A stretch of 64,000 nucleotides of DNA, from positions 63,302,001 to 63,366,000 of the forward strand of contig NC_135662.1 in the NCBI RefSeq assembly GCF_964188315.1. Reading direction: 5' to 3'. Below are positions 24,451 through 35,880 of this stretch, in pieces. Position numbers and translations under genes: made by a program. Position 1 is the stretch's first letter; each line of letters starts with the position of its first letter. Source of the DNA: Podarcis muralis. Taxonomy: Eukaryota. The notes below the pieces were generated by a model. It was not told where the DNA came from. It saw only the letters and a list, made by a program, of their open reading frames with translations, and made no database searches.

Positions 24451-25151
24451 GTGAGTACAAGCTTGTTACAGCTTTGGTTGGGAGATGCCTTTCTCTTTTC
24501 AAAATTTGATTTCCGTTCCTCTGTCAATAGTAACTTCAGAAGAAAAGGGTCATAACGTATCAAGGGTTTTTCCATTATGTTAGTGTAGAGTAGAAAAACG
24601 TTTGGTGTTTTCCAGACTGTATTTCCATAATATCAAGGTTATCTGTATATTATACATCTGGAGCGTGAAAGCACGAATTGGGGTTCTTCCCTCCATCTCT
24701 AATACTTCAGGGTGGAATGGGGGCAAAGGACCAGTCCAAAGCCATCCATCTGGAAGTTTACTCCCGCCCCCCCTTAACCTTTGAAAATGCTGTTTCCATA
24801 TTTTGCAGCTATTACATCAGCAAATAGAACAATAAGCACAGAATAAATTGTATTATTTGAATATTGGGAGTGGCAAAGTTAACATAAGTAACATATCTTG
24901 GGTTAGGCCAAGTTTATGTGATAGCAGAACAGATGAAACCAGAACAATAAAAGAACTCATGGTTGTTTTTTTGTTGCATAGGACAGAGGATTGGATCATG
25001 ATCTAGTGAAGAATCTTATTTAGTATGAAATCAAATGAATGAGCCATACTTCCACAATTCAAATTTTGAGACCTGATTTAACAGGTTAATGGACACTATA
25101 TATTGCTGTTAATCATAATATGTGAAACTTACTTTTTCTTCCATTATTTAG

Positions 25152-25289
25152 GCCGACCTTACAGTGCAGGAGAAGGAGAAATACCTTAACGTCTCTCGTT
25201 GGTTTAATCATATTCAGCATTATCCAGGTATCCGGCAACATCTGTCTAGCATAGTCTTCATCAAGAACAGACTCTATAATACACATTAA
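25152..25289 (+). CDS. EEF1E1: EEF1E1 coding exon 4 (with stop codon)
   Basis: TAG acceptor, ADLTVQEKEKYLNVSRWFNHIQHYPGIRQHLSSIVFIKNRLYNTH then TAA. Total CDS 546 nt = 181 aa (GST-C-like fold protein). Confidence 0.98.
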   Translation, partial: ADLTVQEKEKYLNVSRWFNHIQHYPGIRQHLSSIVFIKNRLYNTH

Positions 25290-25401
25290 GTGCTGTGTTA
25301 GGATTTCCTAGGAAGTGAAAAACGTCCTTTAGAATGACTAATGTGCAAGCCTTGGTTTCTGCCATTTCCATATGTGAAGCTGAACAGTTGGTGCCTAAAG
25401 T

Positions 25402-25407
25402 AATAAA
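25402..25407 (+). terminator. Candidate EEF1E1 polyadenylation signal
   Basis: First AATAAA after the stop codon, about 113 nt downstream. Confidence 0.55.
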
Positions 25408-26848
25408 GTTGCATTGAGTAGCTGTCTAGAAATACGGACTTCATTAACACAGTTGTTTTGGCAAATTTCAACAAGTGAAATGTGAATCAAGCTCCTTAAA
25501 GTAGAACATTTATTTTAACCATACAGATACATAGGAACTTAGCTTTTATCGTATGGAAAAGTATAGAACTTTTACTGCAATATGTCAGCTGTGCTATTGG
25601 TCTGAATTGTATCATGCATAGTGCTCCCTTGTATTTTTCTCCTATGAATGTTTACACTTGTTTTGTAAAAAGTTAACTATGAAAAAATATATTGTGCCAA
25701 TAATTTTGAAGCAGAAGCCAAATGTATTGGTAGCAAATCATATTTATGTGATAAATTATTTTAAAAGCCCTTGTTTTTATTATTTATTTCTAAGGGTTGG
25801 GGAAGATAGAAATTGATACAAAATATTAAAGTATCAAGGGTGAATGGAATAAGGAACTAATCTTTTAAAAAGAAAACTCATACTATCTTAGTTCCACAGA
25901 AACTTCTTCGTTATATTTTCTGCTATTTTCAGGCTCCTGCCTTTTGCGCCTTATTATTTTCAGGCAGCAACTTATGCCCAGTGCAAACAAATGTCGGTGG
26001 TCCTCTCTCTAGTTTAGGCACATTCCGTGTTCAGTAAGAGGAGCTGGTGTTTACATATTACAGAATATTTAGGAATTGTTGACCTGCAGAATGGTTTGCA
26101 GGCATTTGTTAATAAACACATCTCTGTTGGTAACCTGACTGGTACCGGAATAGGAAGGTACCCAGAAACTCCATGTGCATCATTCCTGACCTCCTCAAGA
26201 AGGGTAATATACACAGTGGGTTGCATCGAACTGCTTGAATGGAACAGACTTTATCTCCTGCCATTCTAACAGGTGGAGGCCAACTGTATCATTTTGCAGA
26301 AACTGCTACATACATAGTGTCCATCATTATATAGTAGATAGCATGAGACCCACCACTTTATCTCTTTCTTAGCTGCTATTATTGTTTTATTTAGAAGAAT
26401 TGCATTGGCCAGCCCCATTTTAAGTAACAACAAATATTCTGCTTTGCTTTTATGAGAGAGCACCCCCCCCCCAATAGTTGGATAGAATGAAGAGCATTAA
26501 CCTAACCTGGGGCTTTAAATCATTGTTCACGTTTGATGAGAAATGTATTTATTTATTCCTCCTTAATGTTATCCTTGCTATGCACACCGGGATGAAATGA
26601 TTTTCAATCCATTGTCAGGTGATTTCCCACACCAGTAATTTCCCACACCTTGTAATGGGTTCAGACATGTGGCAATCTGTCTTGGTTCCGTCTGGTATGA
26701 AACACTTTGTTTTAAAGTGGCAGAAGAATAAGAATCTTCCTATGCACAGCAAGGGATATGGCAGTGCCATGGAAAAGTACGAAATTCAAAGAGTGATCTC
26801 GAGGTGTCCTATGAAAGTACCATTTATATATTTACATACTGTTGGGTA

Positions 26849-27531
26849 AATAATAATAATAATTTATTATTTATACCCCGCCCATCTGGCTGAGTTTCCC
26901 CAGCCACTCTGGGCGGCTCCCAATCAGTGTTAAAAACAGTACAGCGTTACATATTAAAAACTTCCCTGAACAGGGCTGCCTTAAGATGTCTTCTGAATGT
27001 CAGGTAATTATTTATCTCTTTGACATCTGATGGGAGGGCGTTCCACAGGGTGGGCGCCACTACCGAGAAGGCCCTCTGTCTGGTTCCCTGTAGCCTCACT
27101 TCTCGCAATGAGGGAACCACCAGAAGGCCCTCGGCACTGGATCTCAGTGTCCGGGCTGAACGATGGGGGTGGAGACACTCCTTCAGGTATACAGAACCGA
27201 GGCCGTTTAGGGCTTTAAAGGTCAGCACCAACACTTTGAATCGTGCTCGGAAACGTACTGGGAGCCAATGCAGATCTCTCAGAACCGGTGTTATGTGGTC
27301 CTGGCGGCCACTCCCAGTCACTAGTCTAGCTGCCGCATTCTGGATTAATTGCAGTTTCCGGGTCACCTTCAAAGGTAGCCCCACGTAGAGCGCGTTGCAG
27401 TAGTCCAAGCGTGAGATAACTAGAGCATGCACCACTCTGGTAAGACAGTTCGCTGGCAGGTAGGGTCTTAGCCTGCGTACCAGGTGGAGCTGGTAGACAG
27501 CTGCCCTGGACACAGAGTTAACCTGCGCCTC
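26849..27531 (-). mobile_element. L2 LINE 3' fragment with open ORF2 C-terminus
   Basis: ORF 26947-27513(-) with L2 motifs SRLDYCNALY, LQLIQNAAARL, LHWLP, RAFSVVAPTLWNALP, plus an (AAT)n tail. Confidence 0.95.
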
Positions 27532-30500
27532 CTTTCAGCCTAACCTAACTCTCAGAGTTCTGGAGATTAAATGAGGGAGAGAACTATGTGCACCATCTTG
27601 AGCTCCTTGGGGAGAAAGGTGTGTGGGGGGGGGGGGAATATAATAAACTTAAATATGCATTTATAGCCATGCAGTCTCAAAACAGGTTAGCTACTATTAC
27701 CGTTAGTAAGATAATACTATTTCTTTGACTTAAGCAGTACGGATACAACTTTGCCCTATACCATCACTCATAGGAGTTAAGTCGTCAGAAAACAAAAGAT
27801 TGGGAAGAAAAGTTTTAAAAGGTTTCTGCCTGCAGGTAGGACAGCTGCTATCTCTTATCTTTTCTAGTGATAGTTTCCATTAAATTTATAGGGATCTATT
27901 ATCCTGCTTTAAACTGTCCTTACTCTGGACTGGCCATATTTCACTTTTTATCTTTTTTTTGTCATAGAATTAAATACATATTCAATCCTATCTCATTTAC
28001 ATTTTTAAAAATAAAAGAAAAACTGCCTCCCCTGTTTCTATGGACTTCTAACCATCAATCTAAAACTTGTAGAAATGTGGCAGTTTAATAGATTGGTGGC
28101 TTTTTAACTTTTGCCCTTTGGAGAGCAATATTTCTTCTCGGCATCCATAATTAGACAAGCCTGCTGTTCTCCATTATCAGAACATTCCATTTCATATATC
28201 CTCCCTACACTTTAAACACTTTTCTGTGCATTAGAAACCATAGTGCTATACTTCTGATGTAGTGAAATGAAATTATGTCCTTTCGCTTTCAAATAAATCT
28301 GGTCAAATCTTTATCACAAAGCATTTATAAGAAAGTACCCCTGTTGTATATTCGTATGCTTTTTGAATATACAGATTCTTGCACGCACTCTCACGTACAC
28401 AACCTTCGCATTCTAGCATTCTGTGTCATGTGTGGTGGATTTATATCATTAGCTATAGCCCCCAAGCTTTAGAGAAATGTAGAAAGAAGTTAAAGATTGG
28501 AGAGGGAGCTTGATTTTGTAGTGATTGCTTGTTACCGCTTTGCCTAGCGTTTCTGCAGGCGTAACTTTTATTTCCTGTATGGGTAGTGACTGTAATCATT
28601 TCAGCTGCTGCTGAAGAGAGCCTGGCTCATCCTTCACTCCCCATAAAAAAGGGGGGAGGTTGGTAATTTTTTATTGTGGTTGCATCTTAAGGATTCCCCC
28701 TTTTCCATTCCTGTGTTACCTTGGCCCCCTTTAGGAAGATATGGAGCCATTAAACTTTCCATTTTATTGGATGAACTAAATCTCTTTCAGCTTTTTCCAG
28801 TCTCATGATCTAACGTGACAGCTCGTCGGTGATGTCTATTCCACTTCAAAGAGGCAGGTAGCCTAGGGCCAGCCAGCTGTATTGTGGATTCCGTGGATTT
28901 GGCTTGCTGTTCCTGCTGGGTGTCATCTGTCTTCTTAGTCTTGCAGTGGATAATTTTTGTGCTCCCCCTAACATCATCTGCCTGAGCAGTTCCTGCCTGG
29001 CAGGCCTGTCTGTCCAGGTTGAGCATCAAATATGGTAACTGTATGACTAATCTGACAAGGCAACTACTCCAAAGAGTGCAGCCCCAGGCCTGCTCTGACC
29101 AGGATCATCATCACAGCCCACAAACTTCCAACAATCACGACCACGGTCTCAGTCTTCCATCACAGATGCTGCCCATGGACTTATTCTGCTCACGCAATGT
29201 ATGTCTCCCTTTCTGCTCACCCCCCCCAACCCCTCTCTTAAAGGCTGTCATTCCAAATCTTTGTGTGTCATGAGAAGTCTGCCTCAACAGGTTTGGGTTT
29301 CCCTGCCTGTTGCCAGCATTTGACTCAAACACCGCCACTTGGATGAAACAATCCTTTAGTGGATTATCATTGCTAGACAGCCTGTGGGAAAAATGACAGG
29401 ACTCGGCATGTTAATCCGAAGATTTTACAATCCAGAAAGCCGCTAACACTAATCATAAATGGCAAGATGATCCCTAAAAGAGAAAGCGGGTTCCCTAGCA
29501 AGGCAAAAGTGACACAATTTGTTTAGTAAATCTTCCCCAAAACTCTATATGATGACTACATATGTTGATTTTCATGCTCAGAGCCATAAATATTCCCAGA
29601 GCTTTATGACTTGATGACTCTATCGTATGAACTGACAGGTACAGGATCTGCAAACGCTGCCTTTTTATAACTACTGCCTGCTTTCCTTTCCATTAGAAAG
29701 AAAAAACCGCTTCAGTGACTAAACTGTGACAAAATTATGTGAGCATACAATGCAAAAAAGCAACAACCTGAATTGTGCACCTGTGCACCAGACCCTATTT
29801 TATGAAAGCAAAATTTTTGGCTTTGAAGGCCACCTGTTACAAAACTGGCTGCCATTCAGTTCAGTTCTGTAATTCATACATTGCATTTCCCCCCACTGCA
29901 TAGAAATATCTCTATAGAACAAGGCATTTAGACTATCGTGTATGAAATGTAGCCTGCATGTTTGGCTGTATGACTGCAGGAGTCATACACTTGTGCCAAA
30001 ATAGCTGTTTCGCTATCAGAAACATATGTGCTCTTTCCTGTAGGAAAAATTATCTCTGTGCAAGGGGTAGGGAAACAGATATGAGGCACCTCGACATCTG
30101 ACAATTGGTTGCAAGGTGAAAGTCCTGTCTTTGGATATGAACTGGTGCTAAAATCTTATTTGGTGATTGGAGCAGATAGGAAGGAAATTCTCAAAGCAAC
30201 ACCTGGAAAATTATTGACACTATATTATTGATCAACAACATTATGAATAACCCAGTGGATAGTGCTGCCACAAAAGCACACTACAGAATAGCCGTAGTTG
30301 TGGGCAAGTAGCAAATACCACCTGCCTACCACTCCCCTCCAAAGCCTGTTTTTGCTAAATCACTTCACAGCTGACTCTACTGTATCTTTCTGACAGCTGC
30401 CTTTACACCTTGGTGCTCCCTCCATGGAGGGAAAAATATGGGTATAATACAGTTTACAAGGGCCTTCTGTGCAGTCCATGCAAGTGTCCAAGACAACACC

Positions 30501-30658
30501 AGCCCCAAATTTTCTTGCTTCCTATTGCACTGCCCTCACCATCAGAATTTCACTACCCACAACCTAAAGAGATGCTATCTACATTAACCATGCTTCCTCT
30601 GTACAGCTCATTGGGTTAGGTGAAAGGGAAGTTGGTGCAATATTGGTGTTTGTGTGTA

Positions 30659-30866
30659 CAGTGGACGCTTGGGTTGCGAACGTGATCCATGCGGGAGGCA
30701 CGTTCGCAACCCACAGTGCCGCATCTGCGCACACGCGGGTTGCGATTTGGCGCTTCTGCGCATGCGCTGAAACACAGAAGTAACCCATTCCGGTACCTCC
30801 GGGTTCGGCGCGGTGCACAACCTGAAAACGCACAACCTGAAGCGTCTGTAACCCGAGGTATGGCTG
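30659..30866. mobile_element. Tc1/mariner (Tigger-like) MITE, 1406 family
   Basis: CAGTGGACGCTT / GAGGTATGGCTG ends with TA flanks. Interior is similar to the 1406 and 40525 copies. Confidence 0.82.
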
Positions 30867-31338
30867 TACAGTATTTGGCTTTTTCTACAGCTGTTCTTGA
30901 TGCTCTCTCTTTATGGTTCTGGTGTCCCGGTGTGCCTGAGGAAAGATGGAGAAGGAGGTGGCTAGGCAATCAGTCTACACCTTAAATGTTTTGAGCAACA
31001 ATCAAAACAATCAACAATGCTTTTTATTTTATGACATGTTTTTACCGTCTATCGAGGGCAGATTCACACCATACATTCAGAGGGCACTCAGAGCACATTT
31101 AAAGCACATGAATTACCACAAATCATTCTAGAACCCTATAGTTTTTCCCTCACAGACCTACAATTTCCAGTACTCCTAATAAACTACAGTTCCCAGGAGA
31201 AGTTGCACATTGTAAATGGGCATTCAATGTGCATTGAGTTTAAAACCCTCTTAAAAGGCTTTCAAGCTGCTTAAAATAAAAAAACGGTAAAAATTTAAAA
31301 TACAAAACCAATCACCCATCAACAAAGGCTGCAATCCT

Positions 31339-31686
31339 AAAGGTAAAGGGACCCCTGACCATTAGTTCCAGTCGTGGCCGACTCTGGGGTTGCGGCGCTT
31401 ATCTTGCTTTATTGGCCGAGGGAGCCGGCGTACAGCTTCCGGGTCATGTGGCCAGCATGACTAAGCCGCTTCTGGCGAACCAGAGCAGCACACAGAAACG
31501 CTGTTTACCTTCCCACCGGAGTGGTACCTATTTGTCTACTTGCACTTTGCTGTGCTTTTGAACTGCTAGGTTGGCAGGAGCAGGGACTAAGCAACGGGAG
31601 CTCACCCCGTCACGGGGATCTGAACCGCCGACCTTCTGATCGGCAAGTCCTAGGCTCTGTAGTTTAACCCACAGCGCCACCCGCCC
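31339..31686 (-). mobile_element. Sauria SINE
   Basis: Reverse complement of the 14461 element, with AAAGGTAAAGG tail on the left. Confidence 0.93.
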
Positions 31687-31999
31687 TATGGATTACCAGG
31701 GGGTATATTGCATTGAAGTCAGTGCCACTTCTGAGTAGACAGAGTTAGGATTGCACTGTCAGGCATCCAAACAGTTAGAAAACTTGCATTTAAAAAATGA
31801 AAAATACAGCCCCTCCAAATTAAAAGCAGCATTTTTACATTATAAAGTCCAGGGGCGGGAGATAAATGAGTACAAGAATGTAAAAGTAAAAAAATAAGAA
31901 CACGCTCGCACACAAACACAAAGGGATCTAGCTATCTTATCCCAACTGGAGGCTGATTTCTTTTAAACTCTTTAACACTAACCATCATGACAGCATTGA

Positions 32000-32520
32000 A
32001 CGAGGAGATAGGCTTGGGTGACGTCACAGCGATCGACCCCTCCCCCTCCCGCACTCGGGCTGCGAACTTCCCTGCAAAACGAAAGCGCGCTCCTTGTGCA
32101 TGCGCTGAACTCGCAAGGCTTCCCCGCCCTGCTCCCTCACACACACTATGGCAGCTGCGCATGCGCTGTCCAAGCATTGAGCCCAAAGTCAGCCCCACCG
32201 TGGCGGTTGCTGGCAGTAAGGAACGAGATGAACGGTGGGGGTCCCGTGACCCTCAGCCCAAGTAAATCTGGAGAGCCGCCCCTGTCCGGCGGCGCTAGTA
32301 AGAAGCGAGGCTCCCTGGGGGCGTCGTCCTCACATCCTATATTAAAGGGTAAGAAGGGCTCGGATTTTTAACCCTCAGTGAGAGAATAACAAACGCGGGT
32401 GGTGCGCATGCGCAGCATCGGTTTCCTCAGTCTGAAAAGTTTCCTAGAGCGCATGCGCGGCATAGGTTCTCAAGTTGGAAAGGCTCCTCCTGGAGCGCAT
32501 GCGTGTAAACATGTCTTGTT
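32000..32520 (+). promoter_or_regulatory. CpG-island promoter of BLOC1S5
   Basis: CpG-rich, with full CRE TGACGTCA at 32019-26 and five NRF1-type GCGCATGCGC motifs or variants (32096, 32157, 32403, 32449, 32495). Confidence 0.85.
32228..32348 (+). CDS. BLOC1S5: BLOC1S5 (MUTED) coding exon 1
   Basis: MNGGGPVTLSPSKSGEPPLSGGASKKRGSLGASSSHPILK + G, then GTAAGA donor (phase 1). Resembles human ...GGSKKRDSLG...HLIIK. Confidence 0.93.
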
Positions 32521-34243
32521 TGAATGGGCTTCTCTAGTTTAGGCGGCTGTTGCAAAGGTTTTACTTACAAACGGAAAGGGGCGCTAGACCTGGGGAAATT
32601 GGATAACTCGTGAGGAACTCGTGAAACCGAGTTCCGCGGTGCTTTTTAAAGAGGTGTGTAAATGGGATTGCAGACTCCAAAAAAAATGGCCATGGCCGTG
32701 TAACTTGCATAACATTTGATAATTTGGATCCTAGGTAAGTTATGCATCTCACTGTGAAAAAATTCTGTGGAAGGAAGAGTTTTATTTGAAGAGGAGATCT
32801 ACTCTGTTAGTATGAACAGTGGAAACAAATAAGAGCATATTCATAAGAAACTCCTTATCTGCTCTCTTCCAGATAATCATTGAGAGAATATACTTTTAAA
32901 TGGGTTGTTGCCCACCCTTTTCTAAAAGGTTACTAAAAGTTGAGTATAAAATAAGAGTGATATTCCAGGGATGGGAATCTCATTCAGCCTGAGAGGAAAT
33001 TTTAACGTGGACCGTTTTCCAAGGGCCACATTCCGAGGGTGAGTGGAGCGAATGACAAAACAAATAAAACAAAACAGGCCAACATACATGCTGGCAAGCC
33101 AGCCGAGATTCCTCTGCCTGACTTTTAAGAGTAACTAGCAAGTCATGGCCTTGTATTTTCTAAATTCTTCCAGTTCTAACAGTGTTAAGCACCTAACAGC
33201 AACAATAGCCAACCATTGTGCCTCGTTCTTAGGTTGCAATACTATGCCTGAGAGTAAGTCCCACTGAACGTCCTTTTGAGTATCCAGCGGTGTTTGTACT
33301 GCAAATTATTCCATTTTCTTAAAACGTTTAAAAGTTGCCAAGTGTTTGACTCTGAGGATCCATGGATTTGGAAGGCTTTGCTGCAAAGCCAGACCTGGAA
33401 CAGCTCACCCCCCCTGGAACCTCCAGCACTTTTCTGGCCTGAGAACAGGGCATACTTTGGTAATATGGCACTCTGAGCGAGGACAAAAATTGGCAACGCC
33501 CCCTGCCCGGATAAATACAGGTTTTATCGTTAATTTTGTTGGCATCTGTCTGCCGCGGGAGACAATAGAGGAGTGCAGCTTTGGGGGGGAAGTCAAACTG
33601 TTGGAAAGTTGCAGCACCTGCTGTGACTGTGATTTGAGAAAGACATGCTTTGTTGCAGCTGGGGCAGATGCAGAGCTGTCAACGTTTCCCTTTTTTTTAA
33701 GGGAAATCCCCTTATTCCGAATAGGATTCCTCACAAGAAAAGGAGAAAGTTGACAGCTATGGGCAGATGAAGGCGTCTGGTTGTGTTGCTGCAGATACAC
33801 CACAACATTGGTGGCAAAGGAAAGGGAATGCAACTTAGACAGGTGGGATACCTTTCAAATGCCATGCAGATCATTCCACTTTTTACTGTGCTTCCCAGTG
33901 CTGTGTAATGCAGACTCATATTATTAACAAGGGACTTTTGGCATGGTATTCTATACAGTGTGCTGCTTGAGCAGCAATTGAGTGGTGGGGGTAGGATTAG
34001 TATAGTGCTGCCTTACAAATAAGGAGCTGTAATGTGGATTCAGCCATAGTCAGAACAGTGTTTGGGTACAATATTCCCTGCAAATATTTCCTTTGCATAT
34101 AAAAGTCCACAAAAATTGTTACTCCTTGTTACATGCCTGATTTCAGATCTTTGGAAATTGCTTAGAGATTAGCGCTGGGATCCTCTAATTGCTCTGAAAA
34201 ATTCCTAACAATCCAGTCCTATGCTAGATTATACATGGGTTTA

Positions 34244-34593
34244 AAGGTAAAGGTACTCCTGACCATTAGGTCCAGTTGTGACTGACTCTGGGGTTGCGGC
34301 ACTCATCTCACTTTATTGGCCGAGGGAGCCGTTGTACAGCTTCCGGGTCATGTGGCCAGCATTACTAAGCCGCTTCCGGCGAACCAGAGCAGCGCATAGA
34401 AACGCCGTTTACCTTCCCGCCAGAGCAATACCTATTTATCTACTTGCATTTTGACGTGCTTTTGAACTGCTATGTTGGCAGGAGCAGGGACCGAGCAACG
34501 AGAGCTCACCCCGTCATGGGGATTCAAACCGCCAACCTTCTGATCGGCAAGTCCTAGGCTCTGTGGTTTAACCCACAGCGCCACCTGCGTCCC
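34244..34593 (-). mobile_element. Sauria SINE in BLOC1S5 intron 1
   Basis: Full-length copy with 14-bp TSD TATACATGGGTTTA (34230-43, 34594-607). Confidence 0.95.
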
Positions 34594-35080
34594 TATACAT
34601 GGGTTTAGGTACAACTAATTCTACATAGATCAGGTTTTTAAAATCCCAAAAGTTATGATTGAACTGCAAGACCTTTCAGCTTGGAGAGTGGTGGCAAATG
34701 TTGAGAGGCTTGACAATGTCAAAGATGGAAAGGGTACAGACTGAGCATAAAAACCCCAATGAGTTGAATAATAATAAAGTTAGTAAGGCCTCTTTTATTT
34801 CTTTAAAAATGTGCTACTCCAACTATTTTAGAAAACATTTGAAAAATTTTCATTAATCTCTGTGTACAAGCTTTAAAAAGCTCAGTTATTTCTGTTGAAT
34901 ATTATTCTGTCTACAGTTCTAATTGCCTTTTTTCTTTCTTTAGGAAGCAAAGTACAACTTAATGTTGCAAAGTTATGTGCCTATCCTTTCATATTTAAAA
35001 GGCCCTTTACATGTATGGCTGCCTCCTCTGTTAGCCAAGGGGACGGCATTTTAAGGGTGATACAGCCCAGGCTTCGTATA

Positions 35081-35306
35081 CAGTGGTACCTCGGGTTAAG
35101 TACTTAATTCATTCCAGAGGTCCGTTCTTAACCTGAAACTGTTCTTAACCTGAAGCACCACTTTAGCTAATGGGGCCTCCCGCTGCTGCCGTGCCGCCGG
35201 AGCACGATTTCTGTTCTCATCCTGAAGCAAAGTTCTTAACCTGAGGTACTATTTCTGGGTTAGCGAAGTCTGTAACCTGAAGCATATGTAACCCGAGGTA
35301 CCACTG
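35081..35306. mobile_element. Tc1/mariner (Tigger-like) MITE
   Basis: TIRs CAGTGGTACCTCGGGTTA / TAACCCGAGGTACCACTG with TA flanks. Same family as the 52643 copy in the opposite orientation. Confidence 0.9.
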
Positions 35307-35678
35307 TAATTCATTGGCTGTTTTACTGCATTCAAACTTGGAACTAGACCTGGGCGATATATCCATATATCACCCAGGACTGATATTAGGGGCAGACCGT
35401 GATGATTGATATTATTTCACTATAAGGCAGCAAGTCTAGCAAAACTATTTCAACGTCATCCTGAAGGCTGTTCCCTCCATGTAGCTAATGGAAAAAGAGT
35501 GAAAAAGATAAAGTACAATAGAAAGGAAGAAGTGGCCTGCCAAAAGAGGAGATGGAGTTTGGGGGTTGGAAGAGAGGGAATATCGGAGAGGCAAGAACCA
35601 CCATGATTTTTTGCAGGTCCTTGATAATGCATACATGTTTTTATTTATCATGAACATGTCTTGTTACTTTTCTTATAG

Positions 35679-35761
35679 ATGTTGGAGAAATATATTCCAG
35701 ACTTTTGGATCACAGACCGGTTATTCAAGGAGAAATTCGTTATTTCATTAAAGAATTTGAA
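35679..35761 (+). CDS. BLOC1S5: BLOC1S5 coding exon 2
   Basis: TAG acceptor and GTAGGT donor, 83 nt: (D)VGEIYSRLLDHRPVIQGEIRYFIKEFE. Confidence 0.98.
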
Positions 35762-35880
35762 GTAGGTTTGATATTCTATATTTTCAAATAATGTACCTGT
35801 ACCTTGTAAATGGGGGAGGGATAGTTCTAAAGTACAGTCATCTTAAGATTTCAGAGAAATGTTTCATGAATGGCTGTTAA

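Noticed and set aside
26270-26440. Possible snoRNA-like segment downstream of EEF1E1
   Set aside because: Only a 5-bp GGTGG/CCACC pairing, with no convincing box motifs or two-hairpin fold.
31932-32371. ORFs of 88-117 aa across the BLOC1S5 promoter, including an in-frame GTG at 32018
   Set aside because: These are CpG-island shadow frames with no upstream in-frame ATG. Homology to BLOC1S5 starts at 32228.
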